Shown in pieces: positions 27,101-42,100 of a stretch of DNA of 64,000 bases. Source of the DNA: Intoshia linei (taxonomy: Eukaryota > Animalia > Orthonectida); the NCBI GenBank assembly GCA_001642005.1, contig LWCA01000001.1, positions 95,982 to 159,981 of the forward strand, in the 5' to 3' direction. A program made the translations under genes and the position numbers. The stretch's first letter is position 1. Every line of letters starts with the position of its first letter. Under the pieces are notes generated by a model. The model saw nothing but the letters and a program-made list of their open reading frames with translations. It had not been told where the DNA came from and did no database searches.

Positions 27101-30100
27101 ATAATAATTTGTATGTTAATTTTACAGTAAAATGTTTAAAATTTAACAATAAAGATATCTAATAATTATAATTACATGTATTTAAATTTCAAAAAAAATA
27201 TAAATATATATAACAGACATTTTATTTATTATTTAAAGATTATGCTTAGATTAAGCATAATATTTTAGACCCAAAATGGATGAAAAAATTAATTTCTATT
27301 GAAACCAACATTGATGAAAGATATACTGTCGGGGATTGTATTTATTATCGATCAATATTATCCAGAACAAACTGGTCAAACTTTTCGAGTGATGAATATT
27401 CCGTTGTTCAGTCATATATTGTGGGCAATGCAGAAAATGTTTTACTGGTTTTGCAAATTCTTAAATATGGTTTTTCAATTCCAATAAAATACAGCAATGT
27501 TACTGAATGTATTATTGAAGTTTTTGCGCACTGGATACAAGTAATATATAAATTTTTAATGGATATGTTAAAAGTGATTAACAGATGGCTTTTCGATCAA
27601 TATTAAGCAATAAAACTTAAAATCCACTGCAATACGGTAGTACTGTAGTAAATTTATAAATCATCGAAATATGCGTTCGACACACCATTAGTCATATCTG
27701 AGCAATTTTGATCAGGGATTGGAAATAATTGATTGCAATCAATTATTTTGTATCAACCAATTAATAAATAATAAAATAAAATAATTGCAATTAATTGAAA
27801 AATGAAAAGATAATTTTCAATTAATTGGTTTTTTTCATATAACTGAAAAAATATAAATTGAATCCTTATATTGACGAATGGTTGGATGAAAAAATTAATT
27901 AAATTTTTTTATGTGGTTCAAAAATTAAATTAAAAATTATACACTATAATTTATAATAATACAATATTAAGGTGTCAAGTTGACACTGTCAACACTCGTT
28001 GTAGCGTATCACAGTTCCACCATGCTTTATTTATTTCCAGAAACAATTTTATTTCCAAGTTCGAAGAAAGAAATAAAATAAATAATATGAAAATATTTTC
28101 TAAATACTATTTTGCAAATATAATATAATGCTATTAAAATAGTTTGACACTGTATAATAAAGTATTAACAATTTTTCATTATTCTATGCAATTTTAGAAA
28201 AATATAAACGCGTTTGTCACCAGAAAAATGATGTTTTGACCTACTGGCTTGACTTTTATGTACTTTGAACAAAGAGCATCCTAGTATTCATTATAACCAC
28301 ATGACAATTTTTTAAAAATGATTATGATATTGTTATCAATTTTCAATTAATTGAAATTTTTTATTTTTTATAAAGCAATTAATTGATTATTTTTAAATAA
28401 TTTTTACCAATTAATTGCAATTCAATTGGTTGCAATCAATTAATTCCAATCTCTGGTTTTGATATTGGATTATGAATTTTGAGTATTCTTATCAAAGAAA
28501 AGGTCGTATCTTAGACGGGTGGTTTTTCTAAATTGTTTAATAAATGAGATGAAATGACTATAATAAATTAAAAATCAATGAATACATTATAATTTAACAA
28601 ATTAAATGTTTTTAATAACAAATTATTACACTAGACAACAAAAAAAGATTTTTTTTTTGCGTCAAAAATATTTTTATACTGTCTTCTAGACCACAATGGA
28701 AAAATATTTTTACATGATTTTTGTACTTCAGATATGTCGCATTAATTATTTATTGGCAATATAAATTTAAATTAAACCTAATAAAATAAATAATATTTAT
28801 ATTGGATTTGCTGTTTTTCTATAGATTTGGGAAAAATCCCTTTTTATGAATCTTCGATAGCAAAATAATATAATAAATAACTAAAAATTAATATTTTGGA
28901 CTAATTNTATTTTTTAAATACTATTTTGCAAATAAAATATAATGAACTGAAATAGTTTGATGTATAATAAAATATTAATAACTTTTTATTATTCTATGCA
29001 ATTTTAGAAAAATATAAACGCGTTTGTCACCAGAAAAATGATTTTTAACCTACTAGCTTGACTGTTATGTACTTCAGACGACAGCATCCTAGTATATTAA
29101 TTATAACCACATGATCGTTTTTAAAAATGATTGTGATAATGTTATCAATAATCAATTAATTGAAATTAATTTATATTTCAAAAAATTATTACAATTATTT
29201 TTCATTTTTCAATAGCTTTTACCAATTAATTGCAATTAAATTGGTTTCAATCAATTAATTCCAATCCCTGATTACATATAGTTCAAAACAATATAAAAAA
29301 GTGCGACTATCGAGATATATTGAAGATGAAAAAACATGTTTTTTAATTATAATTAAATAATTATTGACTACTTTTGATTTATAAAATCAATATTGATGAT
29401 CTACAACATGCGTTCCCAAAGTGGGCGATTAATTCAGTTAGGGGGGCGATTATCAAAACACTGTATACCCAAAAACGATTTTAGATGGATAAAGTGGAGC
29501 GTTGATAAATTTAAGGTTGTAAGGGGATATTTTTATAGCAAGTTCACGGGGATCCACTGATATAAAAAGTGACAGTAATAAATATATTTTTTTAATTAAC
29601 ACAATTTTTTAATTATTAAATATTGAATAATGAGTACATTTTTAAATATAGTGTATATACGACGTAGTCGAAAAATTTTTTAGGAGGGCGTTGAGAAAAT
29701 ATATTGCTAAAAAGGGGCGGTAGGCAAAATGAGTTTGGGAACCCCTAATCTACAATATCAAAATTGTCATATTAATTAATCTTCAGTTACATACACTTTA
29801 ACAACTCGATCTCACATCTATAGAAGCGAATAATAAACTAAATGGGACAGATAATACTAGACATAAGTTCTATTCTTGATAAATGTAGCTTTGAAAATAT
29901 TTATCATTTGAAATTTAATTAAAACAAGATTATAGTGTTAATATGTTAATATGTATATGTATAGTATAATTATTAACAAGTATTTAATCTAATCAAACCA
30001 GTTCTAAATTTTCAGATCGCCCTGGATTTTATTTTGTTGAATATATTATAACCGTTTCATTTCAGTTAAAATTAAAATATATCAAGTGTAAATTTTTAAA

Positions 30101-33100
30101 AACGGTGCCCGTAGAATTTTTTGGTATAAAAAAGTGGCCCACGAAATGGAAAAGGTTGCCCATCCCTGTTTTAATATATGTTAATTATATATGTATATTA
30201 TATTATGTATATTAAAAGCTATGTTCACCGATTATTATAATTTATGATTATTGATTTGAATTCAGAATATTTGCATTATTAATATTTGTATATTTAATCA
30301 ATTAATAACGAAATTGTCATAATTAAATCTATACTACAAATTTAAAAATTTAGGATTTAATCTCAAATCAAATTATCATTTTTCATGGCTTAATTTTAAT
30401 TTCAAAAGTTTATAACAATCAATTTTTATTATATATTTCATTATTATTTATGTAAACGCCCACCTAAGAAAACTAAATACGGTTTGTATGTAGTACATAA
30501 CAGAAAAACTAATATAGTATGAATAAAAAAACTCAAAAATGACATTTAACATATTCTAATAAAAAATCAAATTATATTAGAGATTTTTGTTTGTGTGTGT
30601 TCCACTTTATTTAAATAAGTACCCGGTCTTAAAATGTTATAAAGTCCACATTTCAATTACAGTTTTTTCCGGGTGTTAGCAAAATAAATTTCAACCTCCC
30701 AAACTCACATCTTACTGGTCAAAAACCCCAATTTTCCTTCTTTTTAAAAATTAAACGAGTTGTAAAATTTAACCCTTACGAGACAATTGCATGTATAGAT
30801 GCCAAAAACTACACTCATAAATTTACATTCGTTTGTATACAAACCAAAATAAGGCGGTACCAATCAGTAATGACTCTGGCTAATCGAGATCACTAGGTCT
30901 AAAATTTCTATGACAACCACACATTTTTTTAAATTATATTTGAAAATAATAAATATTAAAAAAAAATTTAGAAATAAGAAGTAATTATAAACTAAATTAG
31001 TATTGTTAATTAATAAATAGGGCGAAAATAATGTCATAAAAGTAATTTTTCTTTTTAATAATAAAAATTTGTTAGAAATGTATGAGGGAACTCTAATAAA
31101 CACATTTAATGGGGTATATCTATTTCTATTATTTAGAATAATATATTTTTTTATTAATTGTCATAATAGTATTAATAAAGGTATTATTTAAAAAAAATAT
31201 TTATTTTCATTGATTTCCGTTATTTAAATGTTAAATGTACCAAATTATGTCATTAAAATCAACAATTTATGTTTCAAGTGCATTATTTTAATATTAATTA
31301 TCTTTAAGAGTAGTAATCACAACAGTAATTATAATTAACTGCTTTTTATTTAGATACATTGTAATAATCTATTTTAATTAACTACTCGCATCAATTTTCC
31401 CTTCGATGTAAATTTGTTTGAAGTGGGATGTTTCTTTTGTAAATAATTAAACAACTTGAGAGCGAGTTCATGACGATTGGAAAAGCATTACATTTGATAG
31501 ACTGTATTACATTTGAAACAGATGAGTGTTCAATAAATACATATATTGAAAACAGGCTCAAAAACGATATCTTAACAATAAAGAATATGGTAAATAAGAG
31601 CGTATCACCAAAAATTATTCTCAGCTATTGAATTGTCAAGCTTCATCATTAAGTGTTGAAAGATGCTTTTTGATGTTGAAGAATTTATTATTCAAGAAAA
31701 AAATTTTTAAAAACGAATATATTCTATTGTAATATAATAAATTAATTTGTCATAAAAAGTCATATTTTTTTGTTAAAATTTCATAATTTTTTCAAATTTT
31801 TGGTCATAAATAAATTGCCCTAGTAATGACATGTAATGTTATGCGCCATCTATATTGTTTTAATAAATTAAAACCTTTTTCAGTTAAAATTTGATTGATT
31901 TAGTCTTATGAAAAAAATTCACTTCATCAAACTACAAATAAAAAATTTAATTTTCCAGCTCTTAATGGAAAAATATCCTTTTTTCAATACTTTTTTTAAA
32001 AACCTCTTATTCCAACCACAAATTACTAACGCTTAAGAAAATTATCCTCTTTTTCCAATATTATTTTGAAAAATACTATGAGTTGTTACAAACTGGAACG
32101 CTATCATCGTGATTGTTAAAATTAAAGAAAGCCCTTATGACCGTTCAATTTACGTCAACACAAAATAAAAGATATTTCTCTACTGTTTCTAATTTTGTTA
32201 CAAAACGTAGAACACGAAGACGAATCTATCAATATTATGTGTGTTTTGAAACACTTTTTCAACAATCTAAAATATATAAATTTTTTTTCTAATTAAATTT
32301 GTAAATTTCAATCTAGATTCGTGTTATTTTATTAATTAAATTTCTTTTTGTTTCTAAAATTAATTAAGGTCTCTACAATTTTTAATGTTTTTACATATTT
32401 TGTATATTATATATGAATAAAAATTTTTTATTTTTCCCGGGAAATCACAATCACTATGCAACTGCATTTTCTGCACCCCTTGAATCCGCCCTGACATTAG
32501 ATCAGTGTTTTCAATTGGAGTACACTAGAATGCAATTAAAATTTTAGCACACAAGAAAAAATAGTTTTATATTTGTTGGGTGCGTATTGAAAGTATTTAT
32601 AGAGTATAAAATTTTATAAGAAAAAACTGCTAATTTATGAAAAAACAAAAATATTTGACGAATTTATAAATAAAATGTAGATAATAGTATCAATTTCAGT
32701 GATAAATCAGAAATTTAAATTGTATATTTTTAACCAGAAACGAAAGTTAATCGATTAAAAAGTTTTAGTTTATACTCTGCTCTAAAATATATGACAGAGT
32801 TTTCAACTGCTGCGCGACAGTATGTTCAAAAAAAAATTATAAACAAGCTATAAACCATTTCACAAAAAGTTATTTACATCCGATTTTTTTTATTTTCGAA
32901 TTCTATAAATAAATATTGTGGCTATACAGATCATATTTTCAGCATTGATGAAACAGCTACACATGAAGACTTTGAATATAAGAAATATACGATTGGGAGG
33001 TCCTTAGTTTTGTATTATAAAATATTTACAAGATGTATTATTGTATTAACATATACAAATTAATTTATTTTTTAATTTCCTCATTATATTACTTCGTGAA

Positions 33101-36100
33101 GATTCTAAAATAAATATTAATTATAAATATTTAATAAATTTTTTGAAACAATCCAAAAGATCTTGCTTATTGCATTCATTAATTTCATATTTGGATACTT
33201 TGTCAATACCCTGAATGTTTTTCCAGGTCTGCGTAAATACACTGTAGTTAATCTCAGGCCATGATTTAAATGCATTATCAAGGCACATTCTAATTATCTC
33301 ATTGTCACAATGAGCCCTGAAGTCAGGCACAAAATGATTGAAAAACCAATATATTATATCTCTATTGAATCTAGCTGGATTTTGAGGAAGTATAATACAC
33401 AGGTAGATCATAACCTTTGAAACATCTAGGGTTTCTACTTTTACCAACAACCATTAACTTTTGCTTATAAGTGCCGTCCATATTTAATGTGCAACAAATA
33501 GTGATTCTGTCTTTACTGTTTTTTCCCCCTTTTTTTTATTTTGTCGCTCACACATTGTGAATAATATGGCTTTAGACATTTTCCGCAATCTAAGTCGTTT
33601 CATCCATATTATAGACTTGAGTGTCGGTTAAATTTTCTTGCAATAAGAGATTTTTAAATTCAATGATAAAACGATCAGCAGCTTCTACATCGGCACCTCC
33701 TGACTCACCACACAATTTATGATTTAATTCCACTTCTATTTTTAAAATTTTTTAACCATCCTCATGAATATCCACATTCAATATTATCGCTGCTACAATC
33801 CTTGTTCAACATGGTATTGGCTATAACAAGAACAGTTTAATCGGTAATTGAGGTATATTTATTCTGAATTTCCACAAACCAACTGTATTACTCTTTTTTC
33901 ATGACCGGAGAATTAGGCTGCCTCATTCTTTTAAATTTTCCAATTATTTCTGGAACATTTACACCTTTATAAAATTCCATTATTGATGACTTATTTCTTT
34001 GAATCGTGTAAATAGTACTACGACTTAATGTCATTCTTCTTGCTACTGCATTAACAGATTCGCCTTTATTCAATAGTTTCAATATTTATAATTTTTTATT
34101 TAACGTGATATTATGCTTCATTATCATTTAATTGTCAGTGTTATAATAAACTTTGTTTACAAAAGTATTTACATTTAAAATTAAATTAAATTCGTAAAAA
34201 TTATTCACTAACAATTGTTACATTGCAAATTTCAATTGCAAAATTATATACGATTTTGAATTTTTAGTAGATAAATCATCTACTAGTTATGGTTACACAG
34301 TAAATTGTGAAAAAATTAACTACTAACGGTACAAATTAGCAAATTATTCACTTACGATTTCACTACTAACGGTGGTTGACTGTAATTGTGTTCATATTTA
34401 CAAATTAGAAATTAATTTAACACTCGAAAATATTAATCATTTTATTTTTTTTAATATTTTTCTAATTTTTCACGAGTAACCCGAGTTGAAGAGTCGCCAC
34501 TGGTACCAATATAAATTATGTTATTTTATATATATATTATATTATATTTTATTTTATGAAAACTTATTTGTTTAGTCCGTATAACACACACATTAGTTAT
34601 GTTTGTTATTTCGAAATCTGTAATGTTTGCAAAATAAGGTGTCTCAAAAAAATTTCTAAAATATTAATGCATTTCAACGAATATTGAAGATAGCCTGGGC
34701 ATTAAGGTGTCACATTTTTTTAAAAATTTAAGAATTTGTTGGACCCTCTATAATAAATGTATATATTTTTAGAATTATACAATCATACAGTAACGATAGA
34801 GCAACTTTAGAATAACTATCGTGAAACTCACTTCACTCTAGAATGAATATATTATGTTAATTCATTTTCTAAATGAAATATGTTTGATATATAAGTTTCT
34901 AGTAGTACACTATTGAAGTTACTGCTAGTGCTTAATATCATTATCTCGTTACCAAATGTATTTATAATTTCATTTTTATGAGTTATACACCCGATTACGC
35001 TACTCATACTGCAAAAAATATTAAATAACGAATGTGAGGTTAACAAAATAAATACAATTATTTATTGAAAATAAAACTTTATTTATATATTTTTATTAAT
35101 TTTTTAGCAATAATTACATAATAAACGATTTATTTATATACATTCAGTGTGGATACTATTTTCTGAATTTCGCTTTCTGTTTTGGAGAGAATTCTTTCTT
35201 TTTTGTATTTAGCTAATGCCCTCTCTGCGACATTGTTAACGATGGTTGCTCACCCTACCTTTGAAATGTCATAGAAAATGTAATGATTATGTTTATTGAA
35301 TTTCTGTAATAATGTTTCACTCAGATTTTTAAGATTTGAAGATTTTTCAGTAAGAAATAACCAATTCTCAATCATTTTTTTATCATTAATTGATGCTTTT
35401 TTAGCATCAGCAGCCTCTAACCAAAACAAGATGTAATAGTATGCACCAAAAATTAAAAATAACGACATTTTAGTCGATCTATCATCGTTCAATATATACG
35501 CCTTGAGTGAATAAATCAATTTAGCCGTCCAACGACCTTTAGATACTGCACCAGACTTTAACAATTTTACATTACATTCGGTTAAAACTGACAGGAATAA
35601 AATGCAACATTGTTTATAATTATCACGAAAAGATTAGTTAAGTTCGAAAGTTTTTTGATTGTGTTAGTAAAATTAATTCCTGTTTGATGTAATTTTGATG
35701 GATTATATATTATTTTATATTCAGCGTGATTTTGTGATTAGATTTCATTAATTTTTTTCACAATAAATAAATTAATGTAAGGTTCGAATGTAATGCTAAA
35801 AGTTTCTAATAATGACGATAGAATAATTTCAAGAATATGATGCCTACAAAGCAGCTCAAGAATGTTTTGTTTCAGTTTTTCTTTTATAAGCTTTACACTA
35901 CCATTAATTTGACCGGTATTTGATGGCGTCGTATAGAAAGATAATCCAATTATTTTTTCAGTCAAATTCAAGTTAGATAATAATGTTAACACTGTATTAG
36001 CTGTTTTACATCCTTTTAAATCTATTTGATATTGAACACCTAAAACTGCTTCAAAAAAATTTTCAGTATCTACTGCGACAACCGCCATTCTTTCTTCTCC

Positions 36101-39100
36101 TTCAAATCGCTTACCATCATAGTATATAACAACATTATTCATATTATTAACCAATAATACAAAGTTATTCATGTCTCTGCTTCGAAGTTTTATTCTATGC
36201 CTTCTGTTAGTTATATGTGAAGTGCCAAGTAAGCAACCGAAACATCTTAAAGATATTAATCTAGTCACAAGTACATAGTTTTTTATTCAATTTATTTGAT
36301 TCATATTCCGATTCGGTTATATCACTAAAACTTTCAAATATATATGATGATTTGGTAAACATGATTATGGATTATGGATAAAAATTATGGTTATATGATT
36401 TCCTTTTTTTTGTTTGAAAATTTAATTTTAATATATGAAATATGACATTGTTTATATATAAAATTCAGTTCAAAGTAAACTTTTTTAAAAACATTTGTGT
36501 TGCCCACTCCTTGAATAGTGAATATTTTGAGCTATAATTTTGCAAAATGCTCTATTTTTATAAAATACACACCAGTATTATGGAGGGTTCTAGATTCTCA
36601 GACATGTGTGACACCCTACTGAGCATTTAAGTAAAAAAGCATTTTAGTATTCTGTAGTGTTGTACCAGTTTATTGGTTATAGCTTACTAAGCTAAGCTTA
36701 GTTGTATAGTTGTTATAGAGTGAGCGAGTTGTCGCTCACTTTATAATTTTGTATTAAAATCTTGTATTGAATTGTCTTGAAATTATCAGAATAAGTTTCG
36801 CTAAGAATAGAAGACCTTCAAGGACCTAGCACATTACATATTCATATATTTTTTTCCAAAATATTTTATTAAAACAAAAAATATGAAATAATTNAATGTC
36901 AGTTTCTTGCATCATATATGTAATGTATACAATACATAGACCACAATTGAGCGCATCGAATGATGTACATGGCTATATGCAGCTCTGTCGAATTTTTGAA
37001 TAGAAGTCGATGTAAGTTTCAAAATAAATAAATAAAGACAACATATATGCAAAAAAAATAAGCTAATTAATATTTTTAATTGTCCACAAATAATCGCTAA
37101 GCATTCTTTGGTGATTTAATCCATGAAACCGTTTTTCAAAAATTTGTATAGTTTGATGAAAACGTTCACCGTGTTCGTCACTTACGGTTATGCAATTTAT
37201 AGGTAATCTATCACTATGACTTTCTATGAGGTGCATTTTGGGACTATAGAGGCAGCCCATTTTTGGATAGGATTTAAAAAAAGTTTTTAGTAAATTATTA
37301 ATTTTTTCATTTTATTTTTGTGGGGCTCCAAATATTAAAACAAATACTGCGGTTGTAGGTAAGTTTGTATTTCTCTTGCATCAATTTATTAGTTGTATTA
37401 TACATTCTAGACGATTTAAACACAAATATTCCACAAATATAACAATAGTTGTCAGAAAGCATTGCATTATTTAAAAAATTAATACAATCAAGTACGAATA
37501 AAACTTAATATCAGTATTTTTCTATAGAAATAAAGATTAATCCAATTAATTGGGTTTTGCGCTAATAATTTCTAAAATTGATATGATCGAATCATAAGAT
37601 GTATATCATTATGATGAGATTTAAATTCATTCTTATAAGGTATAAATTTTATTGACGCATTTTTTTGTGTAGTCTAGTGTTATATAACTGAGTTGCTACG
37701 TATCATTAAATCCAGTGATTCATTTATGGAATGGACAGTGAACTATTATCCAATTATATTGCACTTGATGGTCCTAATAAAGAGGCATACTTGGCCTTAG
37801 AATACTAGTAATATTCTACTTTTCAGATGACAATATGTCAACGTCAAAAAATATGGCTGCATAATTATGGAGCATCAAATAAATAGGATTAAACATTAAA
37901 ATTAGAGTATTACAGGAAAATTTATACAAAACAGATAATCTTCTTAGAGATATAATAATTATTAAAGTAAACAATTATAAATTACAAACAATTCTTATTA
38001 AAGAAAATTATTTGAAACTACAACCTGTAATCAATAAATGTAAAAATTTTGAAATTTTATCTAATCCTAATATAAATGCTATTAAATTTGATGATGAATC
38101 TAAACCTATAACGGATTTAAAAAAAATTTCCCATTATCAAAAAGGAATGCTATGGATGTGGAAAACATTGTGTAAATAGGAAATATGATTGCTCCGCATG
38201 GTCGCATAAGTGTAGCACGTGGTCGTTTCTTTCAATTTGATCATTTATGTCCATCTAAGGGTTCAGTTAATGCGGTCGATAGCGTACAGGATGTGAATTC
38301 ATTATTCATTCAATTGGAAACAAAATATGATGATTCAGAGGTAATACTTAAATATTTAATCGACACAGGTTCTAAAGTAAATTTAATTAATATAATAGAT
38401 GTTAATAAATTCAATTCAGTACATTTACTACCAAGTGATGGATATACCTGACCTGTGTCAATCTCTAAAGTTTTACGTAACTAATGGTATTAACATTATA
38501 GGATGTAGCACCGCGATGAATGCAGGACTTATAGAAGTTGGAAACAAATTTAAATCTGTTAATAAATTTAATTTAATTAATCATGTTGAAATTAATTCTC
38601 TTAATTCAGAATATGAACTTATTGTTAATCGGTTTAGTAAAGTATTTAGCGATGTGCCCGGTAGAATTAGTAAATATGAACATAATATTCCATTATTGAA
38701 TGAAAATATGGGATATAAGGGTCCTATTTATCCCACACCATTAAATCTCAGGAAATTTGAAATGAATCTAATAAATGATATGTTAAGTAATGATATCATA
38801 GAACCTGTTGATCATTTGAATGACCCTTGCACATATTGGAGGTCTCCAAAATTTTTTGTCCCTAAAATTGGTAACCAATTCAGGATGGTATTTGATTTTA
38901 AGAAATTGAATGAACAAACAAAAAAAGATACTTATCCAGCACCTAGCTTCCAGTCCTGATAACATTTTATCAAATAGTTCAAAATTTAATAATGATAGGA
39001 AAAATTGTATAACCAGATCACTGAATCATAGAAATAATTATTTGAAGCGTCTTCAGCGGAATTACAACAATAAAATATCTAAATCGGGTTTTAACCATCA

Positions 39101-42100
39101 AAATTTTTTTGTGTCAAATTTACCTATTAAAACTAAAGAACAACCTCTTTATAAACGTAAATCTCAACCAAACAAACGTTATATTGATTACCACTTATAC
39201 TAGTAATGTTTATAACTTAAATAGTGAGGTGTAATGATAATATCATTATACTAAACTTTAACCAAAACAGTTACCACTGTAAATATCGTTATTAACTGAA
39301 CATAATAAGTTCGTTAATATCAATATAAACCTTATTGTATACATTTATTATCGTAATCAGAAACATAATTTGTATTTTACTGATTAAACATCCAGTGAAC
39401 ACCATAGAATATTTTTAATTTTTTTGTAAAATGGTTTGTAGGTAAAAAATTAATCTTAATATTTCAGTTTTAACTTGGGTCTGTAGTCTAAATAAATAAA
39501 TAACTTCAATTAATTAATTAAGAAAATAATGAATGCGTTTAAGTGATTTTGTTAAACTAATCTTTAGTTACTGAAGTTTGCTGTATAGACAATTAATCCG
39601 GTTTCAGTTTATAATTTTATAATGGTAATATGCTATGTTTTTCTGTAATATGCTATTGATTTAATGGTGAATAATATTGTCGTCAAAAAATATTATTAAT
39701 CTTTCCTATTCTAGTTCTACCTTGACACGTCATATATAACTCTCATCCAATTTTAATTGAATGTATAATTATTAAATAGGCAGAAATGTCTAATGAATAT
39801 TTTATCAAAAACGTGTACGCAAATATTTGTATTTCAACCAATAAATCACCACCTATTTGTAATTTACAGGTAATTTGTATTAAAGTTGAGACGTATAATT
39901 TGAATGGTAAACTTAGAAATTTAATTTGGAAGGATTAAATTTGCTGGTGATAAAACTTTTCATTTCAAATTCCTTGTTTTTATTTCAAAGTGAAAGGTTT
40001 CATGACGATGTTTTAATACAGGTTGGTTTTTTCTTTGTAGAATTAACTAATATAATATACATAGATCAAATTATGTCATAGAATTTTTCAAATTTACCGA
40101 TATATTGCAATATATTCAAATTTGAATCGAGAAATTTGGTCTACATTTATTAGCATTTTAATAAAGGCAATTACAAATATTTGCAATGTTCAAACCATTA
40201 AAGATACTGAAGATGTCGTTTCTAAACTTTTGAAATCAGCATTTCAGGTTTTATTTTATTTTACATTTTACTAAAAATATTTCATGTGTAATTCAATTCA
40301 TAGATTTTATTTTTGGTCATTGTAAAGGCTTCTATTATTGGTTTAATTTCCACAAATCTTTGGGACGAAATTTACAATTTGCTAAAACTGTACAATTCGT
40401 CTACTGATTTAATTAGTGAATGGGGAAAGGTGTTTTATTGGATTACGGATATTATGATTAACAACATTTATAAAAATACGTTCGATTCATTCAACAAAGA
40501 CGAACAAACTTCAAGAAAATTGTGTAAATTTGAAATTATGTCTATTGTTTAAAATTTAAGTTATTTGAATCTGTTGTAATTTTTTAAATTTAGCTTTCAA
40601 GAGTAGTGATAATCGATTATCTTATAAATATTTTGATAGTTTGTTAAACTGTGATGATAAAACGAGTGATTTATATAAAATGAACAGAGCTTTTTCATCC
40701 ACAGCCATTGATGAAAATTCGTCAATTGACTTTAATTCTAAAAGTAGAACTGAAATTACAGACAGTTCTATTACTAAATTTTATAGTGACTCTGATTTTA
40801 TTATTTTGGATAAACTCGATTGCGTGAAAAATAATTTTAATCGAAAAAATTTGGCTTTTAAGAGTATGAGAGAAAGGAATAATCCTGTTAGTTTTATTTA
40901 CAAGAGGCGACATTTTGGTACATGCAGAGTTATCGACGTGCACGGTGAAATGAATATAGACGTGGATGATAATTTCAAAAATATTGTCAGAAGGTTTATT
41001 TAGTATTTTTTTTAGATGTTGAATAAGTAGCTAATTCAATGAAACTATTATTATAATTATCGTCTTTCTGAGTGTGATATCTTAAAAATTACACAAATAA
41101 CATTATTTTATTTTCTAATTTTCCTCAGGTCCCTGACCCTATATCATCAAATTGGGAATGATAAAATAATCTCTATTCGAATACTATTCATACATTCGTT
41201 GTTTTCATAATATTGTTATTGCAGGTTTAAAAAAAGTATGGATCAATTGGATCATATTTTGGATACTTCTAAAGCAGAATACTTTATTTCTCCGAATCAA
41301 AGTTCTGAAGATTTGTTGATTACAAAAACGACAAATCGAAAAGATTATAATAAAGAATTTATCATATTTTTATGGCATCGATTTTTGTTAATTTTGGGAA
41401 ATCCTACTGAAATTAAAGATGAACAAGCCCAGCAATTGTTTTTTGCTAGACTTTCTTTGGCGTGGGAAGTTATTATAAAGGTATGTCTATTTTTTTATTA
41501 TACTTACTACTGTCCTACCCTGTCAGCTATTTTGCAATTGATATAAACCAGTGTTTCCCAACCTTTTTTATGATAAGCCCCACTTTTACTGTTAAAAAAA
41601 TCCCAGGCCCCACTGAAAACAATTCGAACGAATTATAATAAAATAATGATAAGAACAATAAAAATGTATTTATTTTTTAGAATTAATGAGACGATTGAGC
41701 CTGACAATTCTGACAAAGTTTATTAATATTAGGTACTAATGTTGTAAGCTTTAATCGTAGATCTCCCCTTTTTGAAATTTGTAGTCTATTTATTTTTTTT
41801 CAGTAAGTCTAAAACTGCACTAAACCCGCATTCTGCTAAATAAGATGATGGAAATGGCAACAAAGCAATCCTAGCAAAAGTAGTTAGTCGGATAATTTTG
41901 CAAATTTGCAAATTTGGCATTTTGTATATACTCATCAATTTAGTTAAATTTGAATTCAATAGCCCACGATCATTAAAGATATATTTGTTTTTTGTCATTC
42001 TAATAATTTAATAATACAATTAATTGGTTCAAGTATCACATAACCACTTATAAACCTGAAAATATTGTATAAAATTAACAACAAATTAATCTATAGTTTT

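Noticed and set aside
30769-31115. Possible piggyBac-like element (TTAA|CCCTT start)
   Set aside because: No convincing matching right TIR or TTAA was found.
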